Shown here: piece by piece, positions 1-13,890 of the stretch
How positions within the stretch are numbered: position 1 is the first letter of the stretch
Layout: every line of letters starts with the position of its first letter
Origin: Eledone cirrhosa
Lineage: Eukaryota
Assembly (NCBI GenBank): GCA_964016885.1
Contig: OZ024749.1
Coordinates: forward strand, 35,898,001-35,962,000
Length of the DNA: 64,000 nucleotides
Direction of reading: 5' to 3'
Program-made: the position numbers and the translations under genes
The notes under the pieces: generated by a model
Database searches by the model: none
The model's input: only the letters and a program-made list of their open reading frames with translations
Told to the model about the DNA's origin: nothing

Positions 1-594
1 TAATGAAACAACAACACAGTGCACGTCAAAGTGAATAAGAAATTGTTGCTATGGTTGTAGTTGCCATAACAGCCATTGCCATGAACTCAAAACACATTTT
101 ATATTGGTAATGTTGTTTGGTAATATCACTTTGGTTACAAAGTCTGTATAATTTAATTTTGTAACAAGAAAAATCAAAGAAATGTCATCATTTTATACCC
201 CCTATTCAATTCTTGCCTTTTTCATGGCAATGAAGAAAATTTTTTTCAAAATAAGTTATGTGAGCATTTATTAGGGTAAATTTTCAGATAAGTCACCAAA
301 TTTCAGAGAAGAATCTGCTTTCTTTTGGAAGTTATGGAGAGAAAAAAACATGTTAAACTGGAACAAATACCTCGCCAATTTTCAACCAGTGCCTCTAAAA
401 CTCTACCTATTTGCTGCCTTACTTAAATAAATATAAACACTTAAAATCAAAGAACAAAGGGAGATATCAAGGGGTTTGGTATGGAAAGGATTAACTTTAC
501 TGCTAATTGTTAATTCATTTTGCTATCAATTAAAACTGATTGACTTTAACAAAATCTTGCTGCCATTTTAAAATATCATGATTGTCTTCCTCAG

Positions 595-663
595 AACCTA
601 ATTGATATCAATTCCCTTGACAGTGGCCAGATGGTGATAAATATCCCCCCTCCTCGTTTCTGA
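595..663 (+). CDS. Candidate terminal coding exon of an upstream gene (NLIDINSLDSGQMVINIPPPRF*)
   Basis: Pyrimidine-rich acceptor ttgtcttcctcag at 582-594, then a phase-0 frame of 22 non-repetitive codons ending TGA at 661-663. No upstream exon is visible and the protein is not recognised. Confidence 0.3.
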   Translation, partial: NLIDINSLDSGQMVINIPPPRF

Positions 664-939
664 CTTTCACAATCTTTGTTATAATTGATTTTTATTGATT
701 TTGATGTCACACACACGCATACATATGCATATATATATACACACACGCATATAAATATATATATATGTATATATATATATATACACAGAGAGAGTGAGGG
801 CTGCGGTGCTGAAACCGAGGAGACCACTAATCATGGGAGTACTCAATACATGGGGAGATGCAGAGTGAGTATAGAGGTACATAAAATCCCGTTGGGATTT
901 TTCATATCTCTCCCCCACCCCCACTCTCTCTCTCTCTCA

Positions 940-1400
<461 letters not shown>

Positions 1401-2758
1401 TCATACATATATATATGCACATATATACACACACACATATATGTATATATACACACATACACACACACACACACACTTATGTGTTGTGTCTGATAGAGGA
1501 AGCAGAGATGGAGAACTAATAATGTTGCATGCTGAGAAGTCAGGTAGGAATGATGTTTAATGTTACATCAATAAGACTGCGGTATATTTTTACAACATTT
1601 CTGTAACATGTTCAGTTGATTAGAGATGAATATATATATATGTGCATATAACACCTCACATTTCTGGCTTGAGGTAGGATTGAACCAACAACTTTGTCAT
1701 AAATATTTAAGGCTTTTTACACAGGCATAAAGTATATATAGGTGACGAATTGGCAGAATAGTTAGAACATCGGGTAGAATGCTTTATAGTATCTGTTCCG
1801 GCACTCTTCTATCTGAGTTCAAATCCCACCAAGATCAACTTTGCTTTTCATCCTTTTGACATTGATAAAAGAAGTACCCAGCCGACACTGTCAAACGGTC
1901 GTGTTGGTATCACAACAAATATCATCCAGCCCACACTATAAAGTGGTTGTGTAGGTGTCATGACAAAAAGCACCCAGCATACACTGTAAATGTTGTTGGC
2001 ATTAGGAAGGGCATCCAGCCATAGAAACCAAGCAAGAAACAGTCCTGCAGGAGCAAGACATGGTCACTTGATCTGATTTGCTTCAAATGGGACAATCCAT
2101 CTAACCCATGCTAGCATGAAAAATAGATGTTAAACTATGATGATGATGATGATATATATATATATATATATTTGCCTGCATGTAGCATAAATAAAATCGC
2201 ATAAAAAACATATAGTCTCTCTCTACATGTGTGAAAGTGTGTGGTTGTGTGTATGTGTATGTATAAAGGTATGTATATATATATACAGCTCTGCTGACGA
2301 TCGATTACAACCGTGACCCTCCCCACTGAAAGTTTCGTGAAATAGTCTTTTTAAGACTATACAAAGCATTTGTAGTTTATCATCATCATCATCATCATCG
2401 TTTAACGTCCATGTTCCACGCTTACATGGGTTTGGACGGGAGTTTTTCCACTTGAGGCAAGGGTGGTTGTCTTGCTCGCATAGGACTGTCTGGCGGGTTT
2501 TCTACAGCTGGATGCCCTAGTTTTTCCAAATTGAAGGATGAGTATTTAAACTTTATTTTATTCTGAGTTTAGGCTCTATTGATTTTTCCCTGGATTTCAC
2601 AAAATTCTGTGGATAAATCTATGTCTTGATTTTTTTTTTAATTGAGTTTGAATTATTTTCCCACATCTTATGTTAACTATTTTTCCTATAGTCACTTATA
2701 TATTGTGAAATACTGTTGGCTTCATGCTCACAATAATTTCTATACTTTCATTTATATA

Positions 2759-2800
<42 letters not shown>

Positions 2801-2928
2801 AAAGTTTTATTTAAAATTGTTGGGTTACAACAAGTAAATATTTTATAACCGATATAAAGCACTCGACAAGTTTTTGGAGTAGATATACGATAGTAAACAA
2901 ATGGAAACTATATTTATAAAACCATATT

Positions 2929-2994
2929 TATTTCATTATACATATTTCAGGGATACCATATTAAAAATACGGCATGCCTTCGTCAGATAAAATA
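2929..2994 (-). ncRNA. Type I hammerhead ribozyme motif (mirror copy)
   Basis: Reverse-complement copy of 3116-3181. The single difference changes an A-U pair in stem II to G-U, so pairing is kept. Confidence 0.85.
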
Positions 2995-3115
2995 CAATAT
3001 ATAAACTGTTTTATAAATAATTTTGACGTACCATAAATATAAGCCAGCTTCCTACCTTAATGGTCGCTTATATTTATGGTACGTCAAAATTATTTATAAA
3101 ACAGTTTATATATTG

Positions 3116-3181
3116 TATTTTATCTGACGAAGGCATGCCATATTTTTAATATGGTATCCCTGAAATATGTATAATGAAATA
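3116..3181 (+). ncRNA. Type I hammerhead ribozyme motif
   Basis: Stem I TATTTTAT/ATGAAATA (8 bp), CTGACGA at 3124-3130, long stem II AGGCATGCCATATT/AATATGGTATCCCT, GAAA at 3162-3165, palindromic stem III TATGTA, AUA cleavage triplet (predicted cut after 3173). Confidence 0.85.
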
Positions 3182-3221
3182 AATATGGTTTTATAAATAT
3201 AGTTTCCATTTGTTTACTATC

Positions 3222-3281
<60 letters not shown>

Positions 3282-3334
3282 CGAAGAAAGTGTGGTAAGG
3301 AACCAGATGGACCATAATGCACCATAGTACTCAA

Positions 3335-3427
3335 TAACCCCGACGGCAGAGCTCAAGCCGTTTCAATGGCTATTTCTGGACTACTGAAATAGCCATCGAA
3401 ACGGTTTGAGCTCTGCCGTCGGGGTTA
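3335..3427. repeat. GC-rich hairpin (about 42-bp arms, 9-nt loop)
   Basis: taaccccgacggcagagctcaagccgtttcaatggctatttc pairs with gaaatagccatcgaaacggtttgagctctgccgtcggggtta. The left part (3290-3385) recurs at 15122-15236. Confidence 0.9.
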
Positions 3428-3647
3428 AACATTTTTCATATATATATATATATACACACACATATGTATGTATGTGATTGTGTGTAGGTGTATATATATG
3501 TGTGTGTATATATATATATATATGTGTGTGTGTATATATGTCAATGTTTATGGAAGTCATAGCCATCCACATGTCTCAATCAATAGGGAATCTGGCAAAT
3601 CTTTTACTGGATTATATATTGTGGCAGCTTTTTAATACATACAACGT

Positions 3648-4400
3648 ACACACACACACACATTCACATATGCACTCATACTGACACACACACACACGCG
3701 TGCGCACACACACACATACACACACATTCACATATGCACTCATACTGACACACACACACGCGTGCGCACACACACACACACATACACTTACATTCACATA
3801 TACACAGACACCCATATCCACACACACATTCACATATGCACTTGTACTGGCACACACACACACACATACACTTACATTCACATATACACAGACACCCATA
3901 TCCACACACACATTCACATACGCACTTGTACTGGCACACACACATGCGTGCGCACACACACACATACACTTACATTCACATATACACAGACACCCATATC
4001 CACACACACATTCACATACGCACTTGTACTGGCACACACACACATACACATACACATACACATACATTCACATATACACTGACACCCATACACACACCCA
4101 CACACATAGGATGACAGACACCTACATACATTCCCTCACACACACACATATATAGACATACACACACACACACACACTCACATTCACATTCACACATGCA
4201 TGAGTACTGACACACACACACATACACACACACATATATACACATACACATACATTCACATATGCACTAATACTGACATCCATACACACAGCCACACACA
4301 TACCATGACAGACACCTACATACATACCATCACACACACAGACATATAGATATACACACACACACACCATTGCATACACAAACACTGTAACACCCGCCGT
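3648..4400. repeat. CA-rich compound minisatellite
   Basis: Recurring units such as cattcacatatgcact(cat/tgt)actg and cacttacattcacatatacacagacacccatatcc embedded in (CA)n. Confidence 0.85.
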
Positions 4401-4559
4401 CTAGCATACACTATATATACACTCATACATACACTCTTCTTGATGTATACACATATTCATAGTTCAATTTATACACACAGTCATATATATACATATGTTC
4501 CTGATGATTTCATACAAATGAAACAGTTCTAGTCCTGTAGAAGCCATTTCTATATTAAA

Positions 4560-4748
4560 TAATTGTTTCTACTTTTGGCACAAGGCCAGCAATTACCCAG
4601 TGCATTACTGGTACTTTATTTTATCAACCCCGTAAGGATGAAAGGCAAAGTTAATCTCGGTGGGATTTGAACTCAGAGTGGAAAGGGTCGTAACTCTATA
4701 CGTCAAAGCATGGCGTCCGACCCTCTACCGATACTGCCAATCCAACTA
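4560..4748 (-). mobile_element. tRNA-derived SINE, family with GCCTTTCATCC...GATAAAATAAAGTACC central domain
   Basis: Reverse-complement match to the array units at 5625-6815. A/B boxes TGGCAGTATCGG and GAGTTCAAATCC. Confidence 0.85.
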
Positions 4749-5016
4749 CACATTTCTATATTAAAATAATGATGTTTACACTCTACTAACGTATTGAGTA
4801 CCTTTTTTAACTGTGCTTACCCCCCCCCCCCCCCTTTTACTCAGGAGCATATATACATATATATATATATATGTCATATAATTTAGGGATTTAACAAAAA
4901 TAGATGCATAAAATAAGTACCAGACTTGAAATAATAAGCACAGGATTCAATATGATTGACAAAAATCCCCTGCATGGCCAAAGTCAAATGACAGAATTAA
5001 GTAAAAGAATAATATG

Positions 5017-5048
<32 letters not shown>

Positions 5049-5624
5049 GATCATGTGGCCTGGATTGTTTAATGTGGACAGAATGATTTATGTGAAGGTA
5101 TGTGGGCATGTTGGTATGTGTGTATGTGTGTTGGTGGTGTGTGTGTGTGTGTACGTGTGTGTTTTGGTGGTGTGTGTGTGTGTATGTGTTTGTTGGTTGT
5201 GTATGTATGGTGGATAGCAGAAGTGGACAGAGTGAATTATGTGGTATTACATGGGAGATATCCATAGATATATTTCCTTGATCCACTCTTGGCATAGATT
5301 CATACATACACGGGATTAATCCATAAATAGCACAGATTTATTGACGAGATTGTTTTATAAACAGCAGGAGTTTCATCCTTACACTGGCTGAAGTTTTTCA
5401 GTGTTGGATAGATTCAGAAATATTTTCATGTCAAGAAATAATGACAATTCTGTAAATAGAAAAATGGATATTTGTAATTATGACAAATCTGAAACTAAGA
5501 GAAATCTATAAATTATCCAATTCATTTTTTTTTTGTTTTTTTTTTGTTTGAGTTCTGATATTGTAATAAATTCATGGATTATGATGATCACAATACATTA
5601 ATTATGTGTCTTATTATTGTTATG

Positions 5625-5931
5625 CGTTCAAATCCCGCCGAGGTTGACTTTGCCTTTCATCCTTACGGGGTCGATAAAATAAAGTACCAGTAATGCACTG
5701 GGTAATTGCTGGCCTTGTGCCTAACGTAGAAACAATTATTGTTATGCGGTGGATTGGCAGTATCGGTAGAGGGTCGGGACGCCATGCTTTGAAGCATAGA
5801 GTTACCTCCCTGTATGATCTGAGTCCAAATCCCGCCGAGGTTAACTTTGCCTTTCATCCTTACCGGGTCGATAAAATAAAGTACCAGTAATGCACTGGGT
5901 AATTGCTGGCCTTGTGCCAAAAGTAGAAACA

Positions 5932-5975
<44 letters not shown>

Positions 5976-6815
5976 AGGTGGTGGATTGGCAGTATCAGTA
6001 GAGGGTTGGACGCCATGCTTTGACACATAGAGTTACGACCCTTGCCATTCTGAGTTCAAATCCCGCCAAGGTTAACTTTGCCTTTCATCCTTATGGGGTC
6101 GATAAAATAAAGTACCAGTAATGCACTGGGTAATTTGCTGGCCTTGTGCCAAAAGTAGAAACAATTATTATTATTATTATTAATTAAGGGCAGTGGTTTG
6201 GCAGTATCGGTAGAGCATCAGACACCATGCTTTGCAGCATAGAGTTACCCCCCTTTATGGTCTGAGTTCAAATCCTGCCAAGGTTAACTTTGCCTTTCAT
6301 CCTTACGGGGTCGGTAAAATAAAGTACCAGTCACGCACGGGGGTTGATATAATTGACTTTCCCCTCCCCTTCAAATTGCTGGCCTTGTGCCTAAAGTAGC
6401 AACAATTATTATTATTATTATGAAGGGCGGTGGATTGGCAGTATCAGTAGAGGGTCGGACGCCATGCTTTCCAGCATAGTTACGTCCATTTACGATCTGA
6501 GTTCAAATCCCGCCAAGGTTAACTTTGCCTTTCATCCTTACGGGGTCGATAAAATAAAGTACCAGTAATGCACTGGGTAATTGCTGGCCTTGTGCCTAAA
6601 GTAGAAACAATTATTATTATGAAGGGTGGTGGATTGGCAGTATCGGTAGAGCACCAGACACTATGCTTTGCAGGATAAAGTTATGACCCTTTATGTTCTG
6701 AGTTCAAATCCCACTGAGGTTAACTTTGCCTTTCATCCTTACAGGATCAATAAAATAAAGCACCAGTAATACACTGGGTAATTGCTGGCCTTGTGTCAAA
6801 AGAAGAAACAATTAT
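5625..6815 (+). mobile_element. Head-to-tail array of about six tRNA-derived SINE copies
   Basis: Units start near 5625 (5'-truncated), 5748, 5977, 6188, 6425 and 6624. Each has pol III boxes, the central domain and an (ATT)n tail. The central domain resembles the Meta-SINE domain as recalled, unverified. Dispersed copies near 7150-7550, 9160, 18039, 30415, 32500-32820, 57200-57535 and 58076. Confidence 0.9.
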
Positions 6816-6884
6816 CATTTTTATTAACTGAAAACCTGATTAGTCAGGAAATTGAGATGGAGTTTGGGATAAAAAAATGTAATG

Positions 6885-7120
6885 TCACGCTCAGAGTTGC
6901 TGAAGCATGGAACAAACTACCTGCATCAGTTGTTAGCTGTCGAGACACTGCATCCTTTAAGGCCTCCATGCTTCCCGAGATCCGCCAACACTACAGCTAA
7001 CACATACACACATGTACTTCCCTGACATTTGTGTATTATTCTATGTACTATACATACACCTTTGACGAGTTGTAGTGCACCTGAGCACTTTACACAATAA
7101 TTTCATTATTATTTTATTAT
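6885..7120 (+). mobile_element. 3' end of a CR1/L2-like LINE
   Basis: Encodes RVAEAWNKLPASVVSCRDTASFK, a typical CR1/L2 ORF2 C-terminus, then a 3' UTR ending in (ATT)n. The same UTR occurs inverted at about 59090-59185. It interrupts an RT remnant (SQEIEMEFGIKKC...TLKSGKL). Confidence 0.75.
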
Positions 7121-7559
7121 AACCCTGAAAAGTGGAAAACTAACTAATAGTGGTTTCTCCTATAGGCACAAGGTCAACAATTTTAGGGAAGGGGGGAAAG
7201 TCGATTAAATCGACCCCAGTGCATTACTGGTGCTTTATTTATCGACTGCATAAGGAGGAAAGGCAAAACTTACCTTGGCAGTATTTGAACTCAGAACATA
7301 AAGACCCGTAACTCTATGCTGCAAAGCATGTTGTCCGACGTTCTACTGATACTGCCAATGCACCACCCCCAGGAAAACAAACTAATAATTGTTTCTACTT
7401 TAGGCACAAGGCCAGCAATTATCCAGTGCATTACTGGTACTTTATTTTATCGACCCCGTAAGGATGAAAGGCAAAGTCAACCTCGGCGGGATTTGAACTC
7501 AGATCGTAAAGGGACGTAACTATGCTGGAAAGCATGGCGTCCGAATTGTTTCTACTTTA

Positions 7560-8700
7560 GCAGGGTCCTTGTGACAGCACAGTCCTACCTGTTGTCATTT
7601 ATATAGGTATCACTGCATGGTTGTTTAACATTCATTTGAGCACAGATGTCAACTTCTTCAACCAAAAGCCCTGGACCCCATCAGGTTCAGAAGCTTTCCA
7701 ATTAGGAATTTATTTTTGCTTGCATGTATACCATTCCTATTCTTATTTCAATATCACTTTTCTTCACATTTCTTTTATTTTCCTTCCATTCCTTCAGCTA
7801 TTCAGCTTTCTTATTTTATTGTATTTCATTGTCCAATATCTTTGATTAAAACCTTTTGCATCTGCATCTGGTGTCACTGTTTCTTTCTTACTTTCAAGGT
7901 CATGTAACATTCTTTTCTGATCATGCTGGAACATTCTATTGATTCTGTAGTGTTGGATTCTTTGTTTAACTCTTTAGCATTTACATTACTCTATAATTAC
8001 TATTGTACTTTCACAGTAAAGGCTTTATCTTACATAATTATCTCACATAATATTGAGATTTTGATATTATTTATTCTGAGAACAATACCTTAACATTGGT
8101 ATGAGGGAGAGAATTCTGGTCAGATATGAACAGTTTAAATGCTAAAGGGTTAAATCTTCTCAGCTTGGATGCCTTGGCCTGCATCCTTTATCTCAACTCC
8201 TCAATAATAGCACCTTTCTTCTGTACATTATACTTCTTTTCTATTTCAAGATGTTTATTCTTCTTTATTTCCTTTTGCTTTTTACATTCCAACATATTAA
8301 AGTCTTCTTAATTCATAAATTGATTCACTCCTTTTTCTCTTCCACCATGGTTCCTTCTCTTTTCTCCCATTTGATGGATTTACAAATCCTATTTTCCTTG
8401 CATCAAACACAACCATAGCTTCAATAAGTTTATTTGTATCAGATACATTTTCCATTCTAATATATTTCAGTACCTCATTCACCATTTTTGTCCATTCTTT
8501 CAGAGATGTTCTATTAGCCTTCTTCAGTCCCTGTATTTGGTTCAGATTACCCTCTTTCATGATCTCAGTGATCAGATTAATCATTTCTTTATTCTTTTTA
8601 CTCCTTTCATTCCTCTCTATAATATTGATTATCAACTCTCATTCAAGCTCCTTCTCAATCACTTTATTTATCACAATTTCTCCAGTCTCATGATCAGCTG
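7560..8700 (-). mobile_element. Decayed RLE-type LINE fragment (R4/Dong-like pre-RT region)
   Basis: Minus-strand peptides KEKEPWWKRKRSESIYELRRL and MQAKASKLRRFKQRIQHYRINRMFQHDQKR are characteristic of the region before RT in R4-like elements. Frameshifted and interrupted by a TTAA MITE. Confidence 0.65.
7966..8153. mobile_element. TTAA-flanked MITE (piggyBac-like termini)
   Basis: TTAAC(T/C)CTTTAGCATTTA...TAAATGCTAAAGGGTTAA. Removing the element and one TTAA restores the host frame KLRRFKQRIQ, supporting a TTAA target duplication. Confidence 0.8.
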
Positions 8701-9505
8701 TGACCCATACACTGAGCCAGCTCTACCATATAGGCAAACTAGCCAGCCGCCTAGAGCACTGATTTCAGAGGTCACATTTCTCTAAATCAACAACAATTTT
8801 GAAAAATAAATTAATTTTAGTTTTATTGGAGGTCCAGGTTTGTTTCATACAGGGACAAATAAATATTGAAATTTAAAAAAACAACTTATTCTTTATAAAT
8901 TTTGAAATTGATATTTTCCTGGAAAGGGAGGTGGGGAACCAAAATCCAACCTTGCCTAGGGTGTCAGATAGTCTGGAACTGGCCCTGCCCATACAGATAT
9001 ATCCCTCCTCCTTATTTCTTTCAGCTTTACCTCTGTTAGCCAACTGTTTTTTCGAATCATTTGCATCTGGTCACATAGTCACTTTCAACTCTTGTCTCTC
9101 CTTCCAGATGTTGTTATTGCTACTAACATCTAGTAGACAAGTTGAAATCTGACCTCTGCTTGTGGATTGTCAGTAAAGCATCGAACAACATGCTTCGTGG
9201 CATAGAGTTACGGCCCTTTACATTCTGAGTTCAAATCCTGCCAAGGTTAGCTTTGTCTTTCATCCGTACGAGGTCGATAAGATAAAGTATCAATAATGAA
9301 CTGGGGTCAATTTAATTGACTTTCCCCTCCCCAAAATGTTTGGCCTTGTGCCTAAAGTAGAAACAATTACTATAATTATTGATGGGAACTGCAGAAGCCT
9401 GTCATGTATAATGTCAACATGAATGGACCTGTTATTTTTCTCTAAAAACATTTTTTCCAATTTCACCCCACTCGTCGCTTCAATCTTTCTAATTTCTCAT
9501 TCTTT

Positions 9506-9539
9506 CTTCTGATGAAGGACTACATCCAAAACGTTAAGA
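9506..9539 (+). ncRNA. Degenerate minimal hammerhead motif (GAAA mutated to AAAA)
   Basis: tctt CTGATGA aggactacatcc AAAA cgtt aaga: stems I-III are recognisable but the catalytic G is lost. A related decayed copy lies on the minus strand at about 55955-55992. Confidence 0.45.
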
Positions 9540-9687
9540 CCCTCTTCCTGCTATCTCAAGCATTAACCTAATATATTCCTTCCATATACTGTACCGATTG
9601 TGTTGTTATTTCTGTCTACCTGTATATATATATATATATATACACACACACATATATATGTGTGTGTATATATATACACACATATTC

Positions 9688-9747
<60 letters not shown>

Positions 9748-11471
9748 TACTAAAGTGTATGCAGCAAAGAATTAAAAGCAGTTGAACATTCTAAAGTTTA
9801 ATGAACTCAATTTAAAAAAGTTATTTATTTATTTATTAATTATTTATTGCTTTAATGTTCTTCCCTTCTTTTCAACCTCATTAAAATGAATTTAGAAAAA
9901 CATTTAAATCCAATTAAATTAATATAAAGATGCTTTGTACAACATTTATCTTTGAAATAAAAACCCAAATAAAGTCAGACATTGTTATGCAATCCTCTTA
10001 ATCCTGGAAACTAACAAATTTGAAACTCAACTGTCATTGTCATTGTTATCTTCTTCTTCTTCTTCTTCTTCTTCTTCTTCTTCTTCTTCTTCTTCTTTCA
10101 CCACCACCACCACTTCAAACTACTACTACAATCACCACTGCTGCTGCTGCTGCTGCTACTACTACTACATTATCACCACCACCACCATCACACTCTACTA
10201 CTATAACAACTATTACTGCATCACCAGTTCATGTCAGTTTTCTCTGCTGACATGGATTGGATGTGTTGCCACATTGATGCTGCAACTGGCTATGCTGATG
10301 ATGATGATAGTAATGATGATGTCCATACATATCTCACAAACTCAACTCTGAACATAAAATATACAAACATCATTCAGCCATGTCCTTTTTTTTTAAATCA
10401 AAATTTCCTCAATTTAAACATTTAGTTACATTTTAAACTATAAACATTCCAAAAATAAACCTTTTATTTATCAATTTCCATCTCCTTCAATGTTGCCCTT
10501 AAGATATTCTTCATACAAGAATATGTCTTGGCAATATATTTCATTCTCCAGCTTTTCAAATGTTTAGCTGTGAAGAATTTTGTGTTGCTGTCAAAAACAG
10601 TCTTCAATTAGTTATAATGTCAGTGCAATTTGTGACAGAATCTCTTTGGAAATTGAAATCATTAATTTAATTACTAAACTTGGACAAAGCATCTACATCC
10701 TGATAAGTGCTGTCTGTTAAGATGTCATTTTGGTTTCTACACACACTAAATTCCATTAATTTCACTGACAATTCTTATATTTGCAATAATCTGGGACAGT
10801 ATGGCACTATTCCTGTTTCTTGCTTTTCTTACAAACAATCACTAACAATTCTTGCATTTACAGTAATCCAAAATAGTATGAAATTTAGAGCTTACACCCA
10901 TACAGATTTAGCTAGCTTCCTAGCTTCATAGGAAGTTTCTTGTGTTATGCTGCACACTTATCGTGTTGTTATGCCTCACACCTATACAAGATTAGTTGGC
11001 TTTCTACAAGGCTGTATCTTATAGGAGGCTTCTTGGATAATTTAACACTTTAACATTCATGTCACTCTATATTTACTATTATATTTTCATGTACTGGGTA
11101 ATTTCTGGCCTTGTGCCAATAGTAGAAACAATTATATTTTCATGGTAAAGGCTTTACCAGCCATAATTATCTCACATAATATCACATCTATGAGATTTTG
11201 ATATTATTTATTTTGAGAGCAGCCGGTTACAGCTGGTTTGAGCAGAATGCGGTGAGAGAATTCTGGCTGGATACAGTGAGTATAAATGCTAAAGTGTTAA
11301 AGATAGAGCCCCTAGTCTTATCATGTTGTAGCTCATACCTAAGTAGGTTTAGCTGGCCTGCTATGTTGTTGTATCTCTTTGGAATTTTCTTGTGTGTTTT
11401 AATGATGATTCTGTGAGTACATGGATAAAACTTTAATTTAATAAGACTCATCATTTAGCCATAATAAAGTA

Positions 11472-11503
<32 letters not shown>

Positions 11504-11904
11504 GGAAAAATATCGTTTTTTATAAAAACAATATTTAAAAAATTGAAATATAGGTGGAGGAGTTAAAACAGCTCAAAATACAGTAATTTATTATAATAAA
11601 CAGTACAAAAAGCTATGTTTCATTCTTCTTTGAAAGATTTTTTCAAACAAGCGTGTGTACAAAATCCTATTGTGTTAAAAAATAATAATTACACATGACA
11701 AATTATTCCTTAAAGTAATTACCAAATACGTTTTTACATTAAATATTGATTTATGAAATGTAAACAAATTCTCTGACTGCTGATTGTTGGGAGGTTTGGG
11801 GAGTTTTATAATGAGACTTTTACTTATAAAAAACTGATTTTGAAAAGTCCCAATAAGGGGACGAAACGTTTGTAAATCAACATTTAATGTAAAAACGTAT
11901 TACT

Positions 11905-12114
11905 TTAACCCTTTAGCATTTAAACCAGTCATATCCAGCCAGAACTCTCTCACCTCTTTCTGTTCAAACCGGTTGAAACTGGCTGCTCATACTTATGTTA
12001 AGGTATTGTTCTCAAAATAAATAATATCAAAATCTCGTAGCTCCAATATTATGTGAGATAATTATGTGAAGTAAAGCTTTTAATGTGAAAATACAGAATA
12101 ATGTAAAGGGTTAA
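11905..12114. mobile_element. TTAA-flanked MITE, same family as 7966-8153
   Basis: TTAACCCTTTAGCATT...TAAAGGGTTAA termini and shared internal sequence. Decayed copies at about 11042-11300 and 13303-13530. Confidence 0.8.
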
Positions 12115-12133
12115 TGTTTATATATATATATAA

Positions 12134-12166
<33 letters not shown>

Positions 12167-12949
12167 TAGATAGATATATACATGCATACATATATATATC
12201 TGTATGTGAAAAGTAAACAGATAAACAACAGCACAGGGAAATGATACAGTATCAAAAATATATGTGTGTGTGTCATAATTTTCAAAATGTCTTCATTAAA
12301 ATTCTGTGTTGGAAATACAATTCTAAGAATAATAGTATTCTCTGATTCTCTGATTCAATTGTCAGAAATTTGATATTCATTCTTATGCTATTTAAAGTAA
12401 AATATTTTGTAAAAACAATGAAATATTTACATGTATGAATGTATGTATGCATGTGTGTATGTGTGAATAAATATATATATATCTGAGAAACATTATTGAT
12501 ATATATTTTATATGTATTTATTAAACCTTAAATATATATATGTAAAACGGTGATGATGATATATATATGTATATATATGACAAAATAAACATGATAACAT
12601 TTACCTTCATCCTGAGGCAGAAAACTACAATAATTGTCGTGGTACAAACGTGTGTAATATGAGAAAATCATTTTAACCATTGTTTCAATAGAACTTTAAT
12701 GAATGCTTCTTGTAATTGAGACAAATTGTTTGTGTGTTAAAATGATTCAAAGAAAAAACATTGCAGACAAAAGAAAGGTCACATTGAATATGTAAACAGG
12801 AAGAAGGAAAACACACAAAGGAAAACTATTTGTTTTTGGAGAAAGCCAGAAATGTTGAAACAATCAGAAGTGGATGTAAAGATGTAGATGTGGAAATTAT
12901 GGAATACACTGTGAAGAGTTAAAACAACCATTTTGAAGGAGTCACAAGA

Positions 12950-13890
12950 TGAAGTGTTTAACATTATCTGCATTATCATCAATACTGTTTTACATCCGTT
13001 TTCTATATTTGCATGGGTTAGATGAGTCATTTCTGCATGATATCTCTCCATTTGTTGTGGTCTTTCATCATCTCCTCTGTGAGATTCAGCAATTTGAGAT
13101 CAGTTCTCACAACCTCTACCTATGTTTTCTTTGGTCTTCCTCTACTGCAACTTCTTTCCAATGAGATTTCTTGGCATTTCTTCACCCAGCGATCATCGTC
13201 TATATGCCTCACATGTTCATATCAATACAGTCTTCTCTCCTACACACTACACCTGATTCCTCTTATACCCAGTTTTTCTCTCAGCTCATCTATGCTTTAT
13301 CATTAACCGTTTGGCAAATACATTACTCTATATTTACTATTATATTTTCATGGTAAAGGCTTTATCTCACATAATTATCATACATAATATTGAATCTATG
13401 AGATTTTGATATTATTTATTTTGAGAACAATACCTTAACATCAGTACGAGCGGCTGGTTGCAACCAGTTTTAACAGAGATAGGTGAGAGAATTCTGGCCA
13501 GATATGGCCAGTTTAAATGCTAAAGGAATAACATTGTACATCTATCAGAGCATACTTGCTAATTTCTCTCCAGCCATCACATATCCTTAGCATTCACTGC
13601 CTATGTCACACTACCATGCAACCTTGCACATCAAACACTGAAGGTGCTGTGGTGCCTAGCACCACAGCACCTTCAGTGAGATTTAAACCTATACTGTTAA
13701 ATAAAACTTTTATTGAGTGTGTAGTGTAGCAAATCACTTATAATTAATAGACAAAAAAAAAATCTGTTTGTTGCTAGCAGCAGTCATAGTTTCTTGAACT
13801 TTCTCCATTCCATTCTCAATCTGGCTGCTGTAATTTCGGAACACCCATCTCCACTGTTAATTTTCTCAAAGAAGTTGCCATTGGTCTATG
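12950..13890 (-). mobile_element. Old decayed RTE LINE 3' fragment
   Basis: Minus-strand remnants (INSGDGCSEITAARLRMEWRK and a decayed GRP region) align by eye with the RTE ORFs at 22655 and 37603. Interrupted by a MITE. Confidence 0.6.

Larger units (their letters stand above)
2883..3227. repeat. Long inverted repeat (162-bp arms, 21-nt loop), Penelope pLTR-like fold-back
   Basis: 2883-3044 is the reverse complement of 3066-3227 with one mismatch seen. Followed by a (TA)n tract. Arms are homologous to the 3' end of the Penelope-like element (15290-15410). Confidence 0.95.

Noticed and set aside
2290-2345. Hammerhead candidate (CTGACGA...GAAA)
   Set aside because: No convincing stems I-III could be paired. 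The same applies to CTGACGAAA at about 60600, which is part of a MITE.
10460-12620. Minus-strand gene (ATG AAG|gtaaat at about 12605 with an exon near 10.5 kb)
   Set aside because: The intron phases do not match, surrounding frames have stops, and no protein was recognised.
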